Assembly: GCA_963850465.1 (NCBI GenBank)
Contig: CAWKLN010000001.1
Location: forward strand, 64,915-128,914
Source of the DNA: an uncultured delta proteobacterium
GTDB taxonomy: Bacteria; Desulfobacterota; Desulfobacteria; Desulfobacterales; UBA5852
Direction of reading: 5' to 3'
Length of the DNA stretch: 64,000 nucleotides
This document shows positions 19,477 to 29,693 of the stretch, one piece after another. The translations under genes and the position numbers were made by a program. Each line of letters starts with the position of its first letter. Within the stretch, counting starts at the first letter, position 1. The notes below the pieces were generated by a model. It was not told the origin of the DNA and did no database searches. It saw only the letters and a list, made by a program, of their open reading frames with translations.

Positions 19477-20661
19477 ATGAGAGATGCCTATATCGTTACA
19501 TCCGTGCGAACCCCCGGTTGCCGAAGGGGCAAAGGGGCGTTCAAAGATACGCGACCCGAGGACCTGCTGTCCTTTATCCTGAAATCCGCCGTGGAGAAGA
19601 CCGCCAATTTGGCGCCGGCGCAGGTGGAAGACCTGATGATCGGCTGCTCCTTTCCCGAAGCGGAACAGGGTTTGAACATCGGCCGCATTGCCGGTCAGAT
19701 TGCCGGGTTTCCGGAGAGTGTTTCGGGGGCCACCGTCAACCGTTTCTGCTCATCCGGCCTGGAAGCCATCGCCTTGGCTTCCCTGCGCGTCATGGCCGGC
19801 TGGTCCGATATCACCATTGGCGGCGGTGTGGAATCCATGACCTACGTCCCCATGGGCGGCAATCTGCCGCGCCCTCATCCTGAGTATACCCGTACCCAGG
19901 CCGATCTGTATGCCTCGATGGGCATCACGGCTGAAAATGTGGCCAACCGCTACGACGTTTCCCGTGAAGACCAGGACGCGTTCGCCTACAATTCCCAGAT
20001 GAAGGCGGCCGAGGCGCAGAAAAACGGGGCATTTACCGAAATCGTTCCCACCCCGGCGGCCAAATACGTTCTGACCGACAAGGGAACCTACCAGAAGGAA
20101 ACCTTCCTGCAGGATTTCGATGACGGCGTTCGCGCGACCACGACCATTGAAGGTCTGAACAAACTGCGGGCGGTATTCGCGGTAAACGGTTCCGTTACGG
20201 CCGGGAATTCCTCCCAGACCACCGACGGCGCCGCCGCCACCGTGATTGTGAGCGAGAATGTCGTCAAGGAACTGGGTCTGCAGCCGGTGGCCAAGCTGAA
20301 ATGCTACACCACCGTGGGCTGCGGGGCCGATGAAATGGGTGTCGGCCCGGCTTACGCCATTCCCAAGCTGCTGAAGATTGCCGGCGTGGACATCAAGGAT
20401 GTCGGTCTTTTTGAGATCAACGAGGCTTTTGCCTCCCAGGCCATTTACTGCATCCGCCAACTCGGTCTTGAAAACGACATGGACAAGATCAACGTCAATG
20501 GCGGGGCCATTGCCCTGGGGCATCCGTTAGGGTGCACCGGCGCGAAACTCTGCGCCACCCTGCTGCGCAACATGAAGGACCGCGGCGTGAAGTATGGCGT
20601 GGAATCCATGTGTATCGGAGGCGGAATGGGGGCTGCGGCTCTGTTTGAGCTGTGTGACTAA
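19477..20661 (+). CDS. fadA: Acetyl-CoA C-acyltransferase (thiolase)
   Basis: Active-site context VNRFCSSGLEAI, NVNGGAIALGHPLGCTGA, and C-terminal CIGGGMG. Confidence 0.9.
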   Translation: MRDAYIVTSVRTPGCRRGKGAFKDTRPEDLLSFILKSAVEKTANLAPAQVEDLMIGCSFPEAEQGLNIGRIAGQIAGFPESVSGATVNRFCSSGLEAIALASLRVMAGWSDITIGGGVESMTYVPMGGNLPRPHPEYTRTQADLYASMGITAENVANRYDVSREDQDAFAYNSQMKAAEAQKNGAFTEIVPTPAAKYVLTDKGTYQKETFLQDFDDGVRATTTIEGLNKLRAVFAVNGSVTAGNSSQTTDGAAATVIVSENVVKELGLQPVAKLKCYTTVGCGADEMGVGPAYAIPKLLKIAGVDIKDVGLFEINEAFASQAIYCIRQLGLENDMDKINVNGGAIALGHPLGCTGAKLCATLLRNMKDRGVKYGVESMCIGGGMGAAALFELCD

Positions 20662-20838
20662 GTCGATGATTGCTGCCGGGCGGTGAGAATCACGGTCCGG
20701 TGGCGAACCATTCCTAATTTATCGCCAGTCATAACCGGCGATGCGGTCGGGGCCTTCTGATGGTCGATCTGCATGGCCGGTTTTATATTTTATTCGGATG
20801 TCTTGAAGCGGCTTATGCTCGGCGGCGGGGGGGCGGCG

Positions 20839-21015
20839 CTATTCGGCAGGCGCCGTTGAATCGGCCTGTGGATCTTTTCGCACGGTTTGATCGATGGTGC
20901 GGTAAACGGTTTGAAATGTTTCCGGGAACCCGGCCGGTGAGACACGCCCGGCCTCGATGAATTTAACGACGATTTCTTTGGCGGCGCGCAGAATCTGTTC
21001 ATCTATGGAAGCCAT
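20839..21015 (-). CDS. Small hypothetical protein (58 aa)
   Basis: Start at MASIDEQ preceded by gaaggaaaa. The helical sequence looks plausible. I recognise no family. Confidence 0.4.
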   Translation of the reverse strand: MASIDEQILRAAKEIVVKFIEAGRVSPAGFPETFQTVYRTIDQTVRKDPQADSTAPAE

Positions 21016-21287
21016 GCCGGTTTTCCTTCTCATCAAGGTGTGTTCATGGGTGGTAGTGCTAAACCATGAACGTCACCTTCCTGTCAAGGCTGATTCCCCT
21101 GTCTTTGCATTCGGTCCACAGGTTGTTCATACCAATCAAAAACATTGAAATTTTAACGCTATCGGTATAGAACTACCGCGAATTTAAACGTATGACGCCA
21201 GGGAATAGGGCGCAATCAAGGCCATATTCCGACCTTTGGCCGATGACATAGGCGCGGCAGGGGTTTGCGGGCGCCGGGGAACAGGGA

Positions 21288-23615
21288 ATGATTGTAACGC
21301 GTTTCACAAAACGTTGCGTGTCATTGATGGTGACATTGGGATTGGTGTTGACCACGTCCGGCTGTTTTTTCAATCTCAGCAAGGAGAAGGATTTCAAAAG
21401 CTGGTATTTCGGCGAACCGGGTATGGCCGGCGCGATGGGGGAAACGCGCTGTGATCCATATGCCGACCGGATCCATGGCGAACGCCATCCCTATTATCTG
21501 CATTTCAGGACGCTGGAAGTCTTCTATCAACCCCAGGGGGGGACGCATTATCCGGAACGCAGTGCCGCCACGGCCCAGGAAGGCGAGGGCGGGCGGATGG
21601 CCTTTGCCTGTGAGGTCGTCGACGAAGGCCGCGAAACCTTCAATTTTAACGCGGTCGATGCCGGCCTGGTCGACGTGATCATTCCTTACCGCAAAATGAG
21701 CGCATCTCCAAGGGAAGCGTCCCAGGATGACGGGACCGGCTCCTATGCGGGCAGTGTGGTTTACAATGCCGGCATTGCGACCGTCATGAAGGCCCCCGTT
21801 TACCTGGTGCATGACGTCCTCAAGACGATTTATATTCCTGTGGCCGGCACCTATTATTTGTTTAAGTCCGATGAAGATACGGATGAGGCCGCAGTTGCCT
21901 TGGCCGATCGGGAAGACGTGCCGGGCGCGGAGACCGAAATCGAAACACCGGCCGCGGAGGAACCCCTCACGGAAGCCGTGGAAACGTCGGATAAGGTTGA
22001 TGCTGCGCCCGCTCCGGTGGTGGCGGCGGCCGAGACGATGGATACTGATGCCCGGCTTGATGAGGTTGCGGAGGCATCCGACGGCGCTGGTGGTGAGGAG
22101 AAACCAGAGGTATTCGATAGCAAGGGTTTGGCGCCCCGCGCGACCGTCGCGGATTCACAAACCGTTGCCGGACCGCCGGTCGACCAGACGGATTCTGCGC
22201 CAATAGAGCCGGCGACCGAGGTCGAGGCTGGGGCGGCCCAAACGGGTGAGGCCGTTGCAGGGACTGAAAGCATTCCCGCCCAGGAGACCTCGGAAACGGC
22301 AGCTATCGAGCCCATAGCGCCCCCGCCGGCAGAGATTGACGAGGAATCTGTGGCCGAAGTCCCTGCCGAAAAGGTTGACGCACCGGTGGCGCCTGCAGCC
22401 GTCACACCCGAGACCGAAACAACGGAATCAACAGTCGCTGCGGAGGCCGCCGCCGAAACGCGCATTCATACCGCGGCCGAACCGGAAGCGGTTGAGACGT
22501 CAGATGACGCGACCATTCGTGAAGAAGATCTGACGGATGGCGCGACGGATCAGGCGGTTGCCGAAAGCATGGCGACCGAAAGGGCTGAAAAGCCCCGGGA
22601 AGAAGACGCGCCCATGGTGGCGGGGGCCTATGATGTAGAGGCCCCGGCAGGGGATATTGTCGTCCCGTCCATGCCGGTGGAAGAAACAGAACGCCCGGAG
22701 ACGGGTGCGCGGGATCCGTCCGTGGATATCGCCAGCGTGACGGAAGACCGGGAATCGCTTGCGCGTGTGGCTCTTCCGCCGGTTCAGCTTGAAGAGGTGA
22801 AGATTTCCAAGCGCAAACTCAAAAAACAGGTCGCCTTCCTGGGATTTACGAGCCGGACGGCAACGGTTAGCCCGGAAATAAAAGCATTTTTCGAGGAAAG
22901 GTTGTGGCCGGCCTTCATGGATGAATGCAGTTCCAGCATCCATATGCTCCAAAGCGGCGATCCTCGTTTCCCTGAAGCATTGACCCAGCTGTCCCGCGAC
23001 CAGTTTGGACGCTTGAACAGCTTTGAGTTGATCACGCTTGCCCGTTTCAGCGGCATCAATGCGGTGGTGACGGGCTCCGTGATCGATATCCGTGTCGCCA
23101 ATGAGATCGACGGCATTCTATGGTACAAAGAGCCCGAAGGCGCCCTGCGGGTGGCCATTCTGGTAGAAGTCTACGATGCCGAAACCGGCACCAAATTGCT
23201 TGATAAAACCCTGGTGCAACAGTTGGAAGTGGATGAGCTGGCGCCTGGCAGCGAGGGCAAGCTGCGAGAAGAAGATATGGTGTTCGTACAAATCGCTCTG
23301 GGTTCCATCGCCGCGGACATGAGCGAAATGGTGTGTGACGTTCTTGATGACCAGCCCTGGCGGGCTTACGTCACCGGCATCGACGGTTCTCGCATCACTT
23401 TGTCGGCGGGAGTGGATAGCGGTCTCGTGCCCGGCAATATTCTGACCGTCTATAACAGCCAGATTATCGAAGGCCTCAACAACCAACAGTTTTTTTTGAC
23501 CGGCGAACGTGTGGGGCGTCTGCAGATCATCCAGGTTTTTCCGGATCGCACCGAGGCGAATTTGATCGAGGGTGCTAACCTTAAGGATTACAGCCTGGTA
23601 TTGCCCGAGCGATGA
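21288..23615 (+). CDS. Large lipoprotein with an Ala/Glu/Thr/Pro-rich acidic spacer and a C-terminal LpoB/CsgG/FlgT-like globular part
   Basis: Lipobox LVLTTSGC. ~330 aa of low complexity (AAEEPLTEAVETSD...). The ordered C-terminal ~270 aa ends in a beta-rich domain. Confidence 0.65.
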   Translation: MIVTRFTKRCVSLMVTLGLVLTTSGCFFNLSKEKDFKSWYFGEPGMAGAMGETRCDPYADRIHGERHPYYLHFRTLEVFYQPQGGTHYPERSAATAQEGEGGRMAFACEVVDEGRETFNFNAVDAGLVDVIIPYRKMSASPREASQDDGTGSYAGSVVYNAGIATVMKAPVYLVHDVLKTIYIPVAGTYYLFKSDEDTDEAAVALADREDVPGAETEIETPAAEEPLTEAVETSDKVDAAPAPVVAAAETMDTDARLDEVAEASDGAGGEEKPEVFDSKGLAPRATVADSQTVAGPPVDQTDSAPIEPATEVEAGAAQTGEAVAGTESIPAQETSETAAIEPIAPPPAEIDEESVAEVPAEKVDAPVAPAAVTPETETTESTVAAEAAAETRIHTAAEPEAVETSDDATIREEDLTDGATDQAVAESMATERAEKPREEDAPMVAGAYDVEAPAGDIVVPSMPVEETERPETGARDPSVDIASVTEDRESLARVALPPVQLEEVKISKRKLKKQVAFLGFTSRTATVSPEIKAFFEERLWPAFMDECSSSIHMLQSGDPRFPEALTQLSRDQFGRLNSFELITLARFSGINAVVTGSVIDIRVANEIDGILWYKEPEGALRVAILVEVYDAETGTKLLDKTLVQQLEVDELAPGSEGKLREEDMVFVQIALGSIAADMSEMVCDVLDDQPWRAYVTGIDGSRITLSAGVDSGLVPGNILTVYNSQIIEGLNNQQFFLTGERVGRLQIIQVFPDRTEANLIEGANLKDYSLVLPER

Positions 23616-23808
23616 AAAGTTTGATCTGATCAAGTACGATTATCGGCATCCCGGCAGGTCAGATACAACGCCATTGCGTGTATTAGCCTTCCATATCTCA
23701 CGGACCTATCCCTGCTCACTCAACGCCACCCACCGTTGCAGTTGCCCGGTCTTTTCCCTTGAGCGGGCAATAGCGACATTCGCCGCCGGATTCTATCCCA
23801 ACCCGGGA

Positions 23809-24825
23809 TCAGACCGTCGGTGAGGATTCGGTGCGAAAGAAACCTTCGAGGGGGGACGCTGTTGTCGCCAGCTTTTTTTCATAGTGTTCGACGGCCGCCA
23901 TGGCCTCTTCCAACGTGCTCACCTGCGTGATTGATTTCCGAAACTGGCTGCTGCCGCGAAGACCTTTGACAAACCATCCCAGGCGGCTGCGCATCATCAG
24001 ACACGCCGTGCGTTCCCCCAGGTAGGCCACCGAATCCCTCAGATAACGCTTCATGACGCTGAAGTATTGGTCAAGCGTGGGCGCCACGGGCGTTTTACCA
24101 TCCAGAAGGGCCAGGATGGCGGTGAAAATAAAGGGGTTCCCAATGGCCGCCCGTCCGACCATGACACCATCGCAGCCGGTTTGAGACAACATGCGCAACG
24201 CATCTTCACCTGTAGCGATATCGCCGTTGCCGATCACCGGTATCTTCAGCGCGCGCTTGATCGTGGCAATCAACGACCAGTCTGATTGTCCCCGAAATCC
24301 CTGGGCGGCGCTGCGCGGGTGAATCGTCAGAGCGTCGATACCGCAAGCCTCCGCCATCCGGGCGATTTCCAGCGCCTGGCGCCCGGAAACATCCCAGCCG
24401 CTGCGGATTTTTATGGTCAAGGGCACCGTAATGGCTTCCCGCACGGCTTTCAGTAAAGCCTCGGCCCGATCCGGCGTGCGCATCAAGGCAACACCGGAAC
24501 CGGTTTTGACGATTTTCTTAACGGAACAACCGAAATTGATATCGATCATGGCGGCGCCGGCCGCCACCGCCTGCCGTGCGGCTTGGGCGGTGATCGCCGG
24601 GTCTGCGCCGAAAAGCTGAACGGCCAGTGGGTATTCTTCAGGGACGGTATGCATCAGCTGAGCGGTCTTGTGCGATCCGTATACCAGACCGTTGGCACTG
24701 ACCATTTCAGAAGTGACGAGACCGCACCCGGCCTCTTTGGCAAGCAGGCGCAGGGGGAGATTGGATATGCCGGCCAGAGGGGCAAATACGATATTGTTGG
24801 TCAGTCTGATCGCTCCGATTTGCAT
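23809..24825 (-). CDS. dusB: tRNA-dihydrouridine synthase
   Basis: FAPLAGISNLPLRLL and DINFGCSVKKIVKTGSGVALM motifs. Start set at MQIGAIRL (24825), just after the upstream stop. Confidence 0.85.
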   Translation of the reverse strand: MQIGAIRLTNNIVFAPLAGISNLPLRLLAKEAGCGLVTSEMVSANGLVYGSHKTAQLMHTVPEEYPLAVQLFGADPAITAQAARQAVAAGAAMIDINFGCSVKKIVKTGSGVALMRTPDRAEALLKAVREAITVPLTIKIRSGWDVSGRQALEIARMAEACGIDALTIHPRSAAQGFRGQSDWSLIATIKRALKIPVIGNGDIATGEDALRMLSQTGCDGVMVGRAAIGNPFIFTAILALLDGKTPVAPTLDQYFSVMKRYLRDSVAYLGERTACLMMRSRLGWFVKGLRGSSQFRKSITQVSTLEEAMAAVEHYEKKLATTASPLEGFFRTESSPTV

Positions 24826-24829
24826 GCGT

Positions 24830-25741
24830 CTAAGGTCGCTTTCGATGTAATGGCCGTCGGGCCGGGTCTTGCGGGTTGGCATAACAGAACAGGCAGTTGT
24901 GGTAGCAGGGCTGCTGGCGGTAAGTTCCGATATCGGCCGAAATATTACAGGTGCAGCCACGGTTTCGGCGCTGGCCCGGGTCTTTTTTCATGGTGAAGTC
25001 CTTGCCAAAAAGGACGGCCAGCAAGGGGCCGGGGACACAATCACCGGAATGGATACCGGCGTCCGGGGGGAGGGTATCCAGGAGAGCTTGTTCGCAACAG
25101 ATCCCCAGCGATATCTGCTTTTGTCGCAAGGTGGCGGCCATTGCCAGGAGTGTGTCGCCCTTGACATTGGCGGGCGGATCCACCAGTTCCAGACCGGTCG
25201 CCGGCAGACGATATCGGATTTTCCGATACAGATCCACGAAGCTGGTGACACAACGGCGAATGCCAACGGCGGCCAGCGCATCGGCAATGGGCCCCAGGGT
25301 GCCGAGATTGTGATGCAATACGGTGCTGCCGTTGCGACGAAAAAAACAAATGGGGTCGAAACGCCATGTGATGGCTTCCGGATCATGCCGTCGGGCAAGT
25401 TTCGATATCTGCCGGATACGTTCCGCCAGAGGCGGTACATGCGGCTCAAGCTCCGGGGCCGGTGCATTCAGGGTGAAATTGAAGAACAGCTGATATCCCC
25501 GCTCCTGCAACTTGCGATCGAAGCTTCCGCGCAGAAAAGGGCCATAGTTTTTAGACCAGAAAACAATGCTGTGGACGTCTTGGGGGCGCGCCGGTATATG
25601 CCGACGATACTGATTGTAGGGGTTGACGACCTCAAAAAAGCCCTTTTCGATGCCGTCCATAAACCAATCCATATAGAAGGCTGGAACATCGGTTCGCCGC
25701 GAGGCCGACAGAATTGTTTTGGAGTTTTGCGACACGGGCAT
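24830..25741 (-). CDS. DUF1848-family protein
   Basis: ILSASRRTDVPAFYMDWFM...IVFWSKN and a C-terminal Cys cluster (GCTCN...CYHNCLFCYANP) match my recollection of DUF1848. The start is uncertain (M29 chosen). Confidence 0.65.
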   Translation of the reverse strand: MPVSQNSKTILSASRRTDVPAFYMDWFMDGIEKGFFEVVNPYNQYRRHIPARPQDVHSIVFWSKNYGPFLRGSFDRKLQERGYQLFFNFTLNAPAPELEPHVPPLAERIRQISKLARRHDPEAITWRFDPICFFRRNGSTVLHHNLGTLGPIADALAAVGIRRCVTSFVDLYRKIRYRLPATGLELVDPPANVKGDTLLAMAATLRQKQISLGICCEQALLDTLPPDAGIHSGDCVPGPLLAVLFGKDFTMKKDPGQRRNRGCTCNISADIGTYRQQPCYHNCLFCYANPQDPARRPLHRKRP

Positions 25742-25867
25742 AACACATGTTGCTCGGATCATGGGGCAAGACGTCAAGGGCATCGTCAATGATCCATGGT
25801 CACGATGTTTCGGGCACCGGCTCACAACCGAAGTGCTTCGATGCCCTAAAGACGATCCGGATCATAA

Positions 25868-26197
25868 TTATTTTTTCAAATCCTTCAGTGAGATGACCTT
25901 CCCACCGCCCGAGCGTGCCTGGGACGGGGGGGGCGCATCGGGAACCGGCGGGGTCGTTTCTTCTGCCGGGGAAATCACTTTCTCCAGGCGCATGCGCTGG
26001 CCGTTCATCGTATATTCGTGGCCATTGATGTAGACATCTCTCAAAATCCAGGTCACCACTTGGGGCGGCACCTGCAGCATGAGCAGTTTGACATGGTACC
26101 AGTCGGGTTTGGCATCCGGCAATATCTCCTCGATGCGTGCAAACATAACCGGTTGGTCCTCGTGATGGATGAGTACGAGATCGTTTTCAACCGCCAT
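25868..26197 (-). CDS. Hypothetical protein (109 aa)
   Basis: ORF with aaggaaagg upstream of ATG 26197. Pro-rich C-terminal tail. No family recognised. Confidence 0.45.
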   Translation of the reverse strand: MAVENDLVLIHHEDQPVMFARIEEILPDAKPDWYHVKLLMLQVPPQVVTWILRDVYINGHEYTMNGQRMRLEKVISPAEETTPPVPDAPPPSQARSGGGKVISLKDLKK

Positions 26198-26679
26198 TGT
26201 GATGCTGCCTTTCCTTAATTTATCGATAAAGACGACGTGGCCGGCCACCGATTTCCGTATATGCGGGGAGTTGGGGCAGCCTTTTCCGCAAGCGGATCAC
26301 CAACGCTGGTGGAAACCCCTATTGCGCCAACCCAACATAGCCATGATCGGGGCGATGGGAAGCCTGTCATGAATGGTTGACGGCCGCACGGGTTTTTACC
26401 CACATTGATCTATCGCGAGCAGTGCGCTCTTTGATAAAAAAAATTCGCCAATTGATCAAGTCCTGTGGCTGGGTCGGCAGTGAATAAATCCGCACCGGGG
26501 AGCTGGATCCGCCGGTAAAAATCGTCCCTGCATCGGGTCCGTTCGGTTTGCGTCGCCTTTGTATATGGTATATACAATGTCCCGAATCGGGAGGGTCTGT
26601 TATACCGAAAAATCTTGCGCGTCACTTGTCGGGCATTCCATTGCGCTCCATCAAAATCTTTACAGGGAGATCGATTTTC

Positions 26680-28683
26680 ATGTTGATCAGACGACGAATT
26701 CTCATGGCGGCCGTTTGGTGGGTTCTGGCGGTTTTTATTACTGGGGGAGGGCTACCGGCCTATGGGCAAACCAATCCGGATGCTGCTCTGCCCAGCCTTC
26801 TGATAAAGATCGGCGATATTGATCGGATGCTGCAGGATCTGGAAGCCCTGATGCCTTCCAATCCCGGTGGGGATGCGTCTTCACAAACCGCGATGATCAA
26901 AGGGATGCTCCAGGGGACCGACTGGATCGACCCCTCGCGTTCGATCGTGGCCGGCATGCATTACGACGGTCAGGTGACATCCTGGCTGGTCCTCGTGCCG
27001 TTTCAGACACCCAATGAAAATTTCCAGGGGGCCTACGGTGCGATCGCCGGAGAAAACTATTATGTGCTGCGTTTTCCGCCGACACCGGAAATGAAGCTGT
27101 CTGACCCGGAGCGCGATTACCTTGTGCAGGCATCCCGCCGGTCTTCGGAAGCCAATATCCTGGTGGAACTGGCGGCCCACGATGTGTTGCGCCAATCCGA
27201 AAGCCAAATCGAGGCGGCTATCCAGGGAATGGCTGCCAACGCTACGGCCGGTGACGCCCAGGCGCCGTTTACGCCGCAAGAGACGCAGATCATGGTGCGC
27301 GATTTCATGGCCGCTTTCAAACAAGTGGATACCCTGCGTCTCGGCCTGAACATTGACGCCGAAGCGCTCATGCTGCTGATGGACGTCAAAAGCACGCAGG
27401 CCTCCTATCTGTCCGGGCTGCTGACCGATCAGAAAACGGATATTCGACTTGGCGCTTACCAACCGGACTATCCCATGCAATTCCGTTCACGTGCCTACAA
27501 TATCGCAGGTGTCATGCAAATGCTGGGTGCCAGCTTCGGTCAGATTTACAAGAAAATGGGGTTTGATTTCAACGAACTGGCTGAGGTTACCAAGGGGTTG
27601 ACCGGCGAGATGGCCGGCGGCATGGCCCTGGATCAAAACGGGATGACCTTCGAAATGGTTTACGCCCTTCACGACACGGTGAACGGCGAGGAGTATCTGA
27701 CCCGGGTTTACCTGCCCTGGTTCGAAAAATATAATCTCCGGATGGCGGCCCTGCTGGAGGATCAAACCGGCCAGCCGGTGACACCGCTTTATGAACGCAT
27801 GCCGGATACCACCGTGGCCGGAAAGAAAGTGATCGGGGTCCGGACCCGGTTTCCCGCCCTGAGCCCGGCTGGAAACCAGGTGCCGGCCGGCGCTATCCTC
27901 CAGGACTACCAGACCCGCATGACAACGGTGGGTGACCTGATCCTGGCGGCTTCCAGCGACGCGACCATCGAGAAAATGATCAACCAGGTGGATGGGTTCC
28001 GCAAGGCACCGGCCAAAGGACCACTGGCAGAGTTTTCAATGGATATGGGGGCTTACCTGCGTGGTCTGCAGAGTCTCATGCCGGATGCGGGCCAATCGGT
28101 GGAGATTCCGGCCGATATCGGGAATCTGACCATGCAGGCTGCCATGCAGGAAGGCGAATTGACGACGCGCACACGGATCAACGTGCGGGATATTCAGCAG
28201 ATGGTCACCCTGTTTGCCAGCCTGTCGGCACGCATGGCCGAAGGACACGGCGGGTCGACCGCCGTGGCGACTGAGGTTCAATCCGTTTCCGACACGTCCC
28301 GGACAGCGGCGCCGAATGCGACCGTCCTGAGCACGCCCGCCTACTGGATGGACCGTGGCGGTCTGCTGTCGGCCTATGGTAACTACAAGGCCGCTCTGCG
28401 TTGTTATCAAAAGGCGTTGGCATTGGCGCCCGACCTGGCGGAGGCGCACTTCCAGCAGGGGGTGGCCTACGGCGAACTGGGTCAGTTCGACGCGGCCGTC
28501 CATACGATTTCGCGAGCCATCGATCGGATGCCCACCAATGGCGCCTATTACTATGGGCGTGCCCGTGTCTATCTTCTGGCGGGAGACGAGGACCTGGCCA
28601 TGAAAGACTTCATGGAGGCGGGTTTTTTAGGGAACGTTGATGCCCGGGCTTACCTGAAAGGTGCGGGCGTGGACTGGAACTGA
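26680..28683 (+). CDS. Secreted hypothetical protein with C-terminal TPR repeats
   Basis: Signal peptide MLIRRRILMAAVWWVLAVFITGGGLPAYG behind AGGGAGA. TPR-like repeats at the C-terminus (YGNYKAALRCYQKALALAPDLAEAHFQQGVAYGELGQFDAAV...). Confidence 0.7.
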   Translation: MLIRRRILMAAVWWVLAVFITGGGLPAYGQTNPDAALPSLLIKIGDIDRMLQDLEALMPSNPGGDASSQTAMIKGMLQGTDWIDPSRSIVAGMHYDGQVTSWLVLVPFQTPNENFQGAYGAIAGENYYVLRFPPTPEMKLSDPERDYLVQASRRSSEANILVELAAHDVLRQSESQIEAAIQGMAANATAGDAQAPFTPQETQIMVRDFMAAFKQVDTLRLGLNIDAEALMLLMDVKSTQASYLSGLLTDQKTDIRLGAYQPDYPMQFRSRAYNIAGVMQMLGASFGQIYKKMGFDFNELAEVTKGLTGEMAGGMALDQNGMTFEMVYALHDTVNGEEYLTRVYLPWFEKYNLRMAALLEDQTGQPVTPLYERMPDTTVAGKKVIGVRTRFPALSPAGNQVPAGAILQDYQTRMTTVGDLILAASSDATIEKMINQVDGFRKAPAKGPLAEFSMDMGAYLRGLQSLMPDAGQSVEIPADIGNLTMQAAMQEGELTTRTRINVRDIQQMVTLFASLSARMAEGHGGSTAVATEVQSVSDTSRTAAPNATVLSTPAYWMDRGGLLSAYGNYKAALRCYQKALALAPDLAEAHFQQGVAYGELGQFDAAVHTISRAIDRMPTNGAYYYGRARVYLLAGDEDLAMKDFMEAGFLGNVDARAYLKGAGVDWN

Positions 28684-28735
28684 CCCCTTGGTCATCGCTT
28701 GTTGAGCGGCTATTTCCGATGAGATACAGCGACGT

Positions 28736-29647
28736 CTATTCCACTGTGCTTTCAACGCCGAGGGCACGAATGAATTCGCTTGGTTGCCGCACCCACAACA
28801 GTTGCCCCAGAGGGATCGGACGGGGCAAACGGGTCTGCAGGGTAATGCGTTTGGGAGTCCGGCAGAAGATTTCCAGCGATCGCCAGACCTCTTGAACGCG
28901 CGGGTCTTTTTCGGTTTGCACCCGGCTTCGCAGGTTCTGTAACAGGGCTTCACGAACCTGTTCCGGCCGGCGTTTCTGTTCCCGGGCGGCATCCGTCAGG
29001 GCGCGCTCAAAAAGCCCCTGATCTTCGTAGTCGCACGACCCTTGAACCAGTTCGACCGGTGGCAGAACCAGCAGCCAGTTCAAGGGGTTGGCCAGGGCCA
29101 TGGCCACACCGTCGGCGTTGACTTGGTCCAACCTGATGGACAGGGTCAACCCACCAGCCTCGGCAACCCGAAGGGCCAGATCGATGGCCCATGCTTCCTT
29201 GTTTTCGCCGCGCCGCTCCCATTGAATCTGCAGATCACCCGTCAACGTATGGTAGCCCAGGCGTTGCAAGGACTCCCGCAGGGGCGCCATCAGCGGCTGA
29301 CGGGCCTCCAGCCGGACACCGTAAAAAGCGGCTTCAAGGGCACGCGGCAGCCGGTCACCCGGGCGGAAACGCCGAATGTGAATCGTCTGCAAGGGGATTT
29401 CCTCGGCCGTGCCGGCAAAAAGCAGCGATGCGCCATGGATTTGGCACTGGAGCGAAAAATAGGGGATGGCGATCTTTTCATAGCGAATACCGGTGCAACC
29501 GGGTATGGCTTGGACGGTTTCCTGCAAATGACGGGCGATGGTCTGATGGAGGACCACGCGAAACAGCCCGAAGAGCAGGGCGGCGGCGATGGTCACAAGC
29601 ATGGCCACGGCGAGACGTGCGAATCGGGTGGTTAGCATGGCGGCCAT
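28736..29647 (-). CDS. Membrane-anchored hypothetical protein
   Basis: N-terminal TM segment ARLAVAMLVTIAAALLFGLF. It starts 44 nt downstream of the stop of the PEP-utilising gene, so it is probably co-transcribed. Confidence 0.55.
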   Translation of the reverse strand: MAAMLTTRFARLAVAMLVTIAAALLFGLFRVVLHQTIARHLQETVQAIPGCTGIRYEKIAIPYFSLQCQIHGASLLFAGTAEEIPLQTIHIRRFRPGDRLPRALEAAFYGVRLEARQPLMAPLRESLQRLGYHTLTGDLQIQWERRGENKEAWAIDLALRVAEAGGLTLSIRLDQVNADGVAMALANPLNWLLVLPPVELVQGSCDYEDQGLFERALTDAAREQKRRPEQVREALLQNLRSRVQTEKDPRVQEVWRSLEIFCRTPKRITLQTRLPRPIPLGQLLWVRQPSEFIRALGVESTVE

Positions 29648-29693
29648 GACGGTGCAGTCCTTTGCAGAGACGACCGGTGAGCAGACGAAGTCG

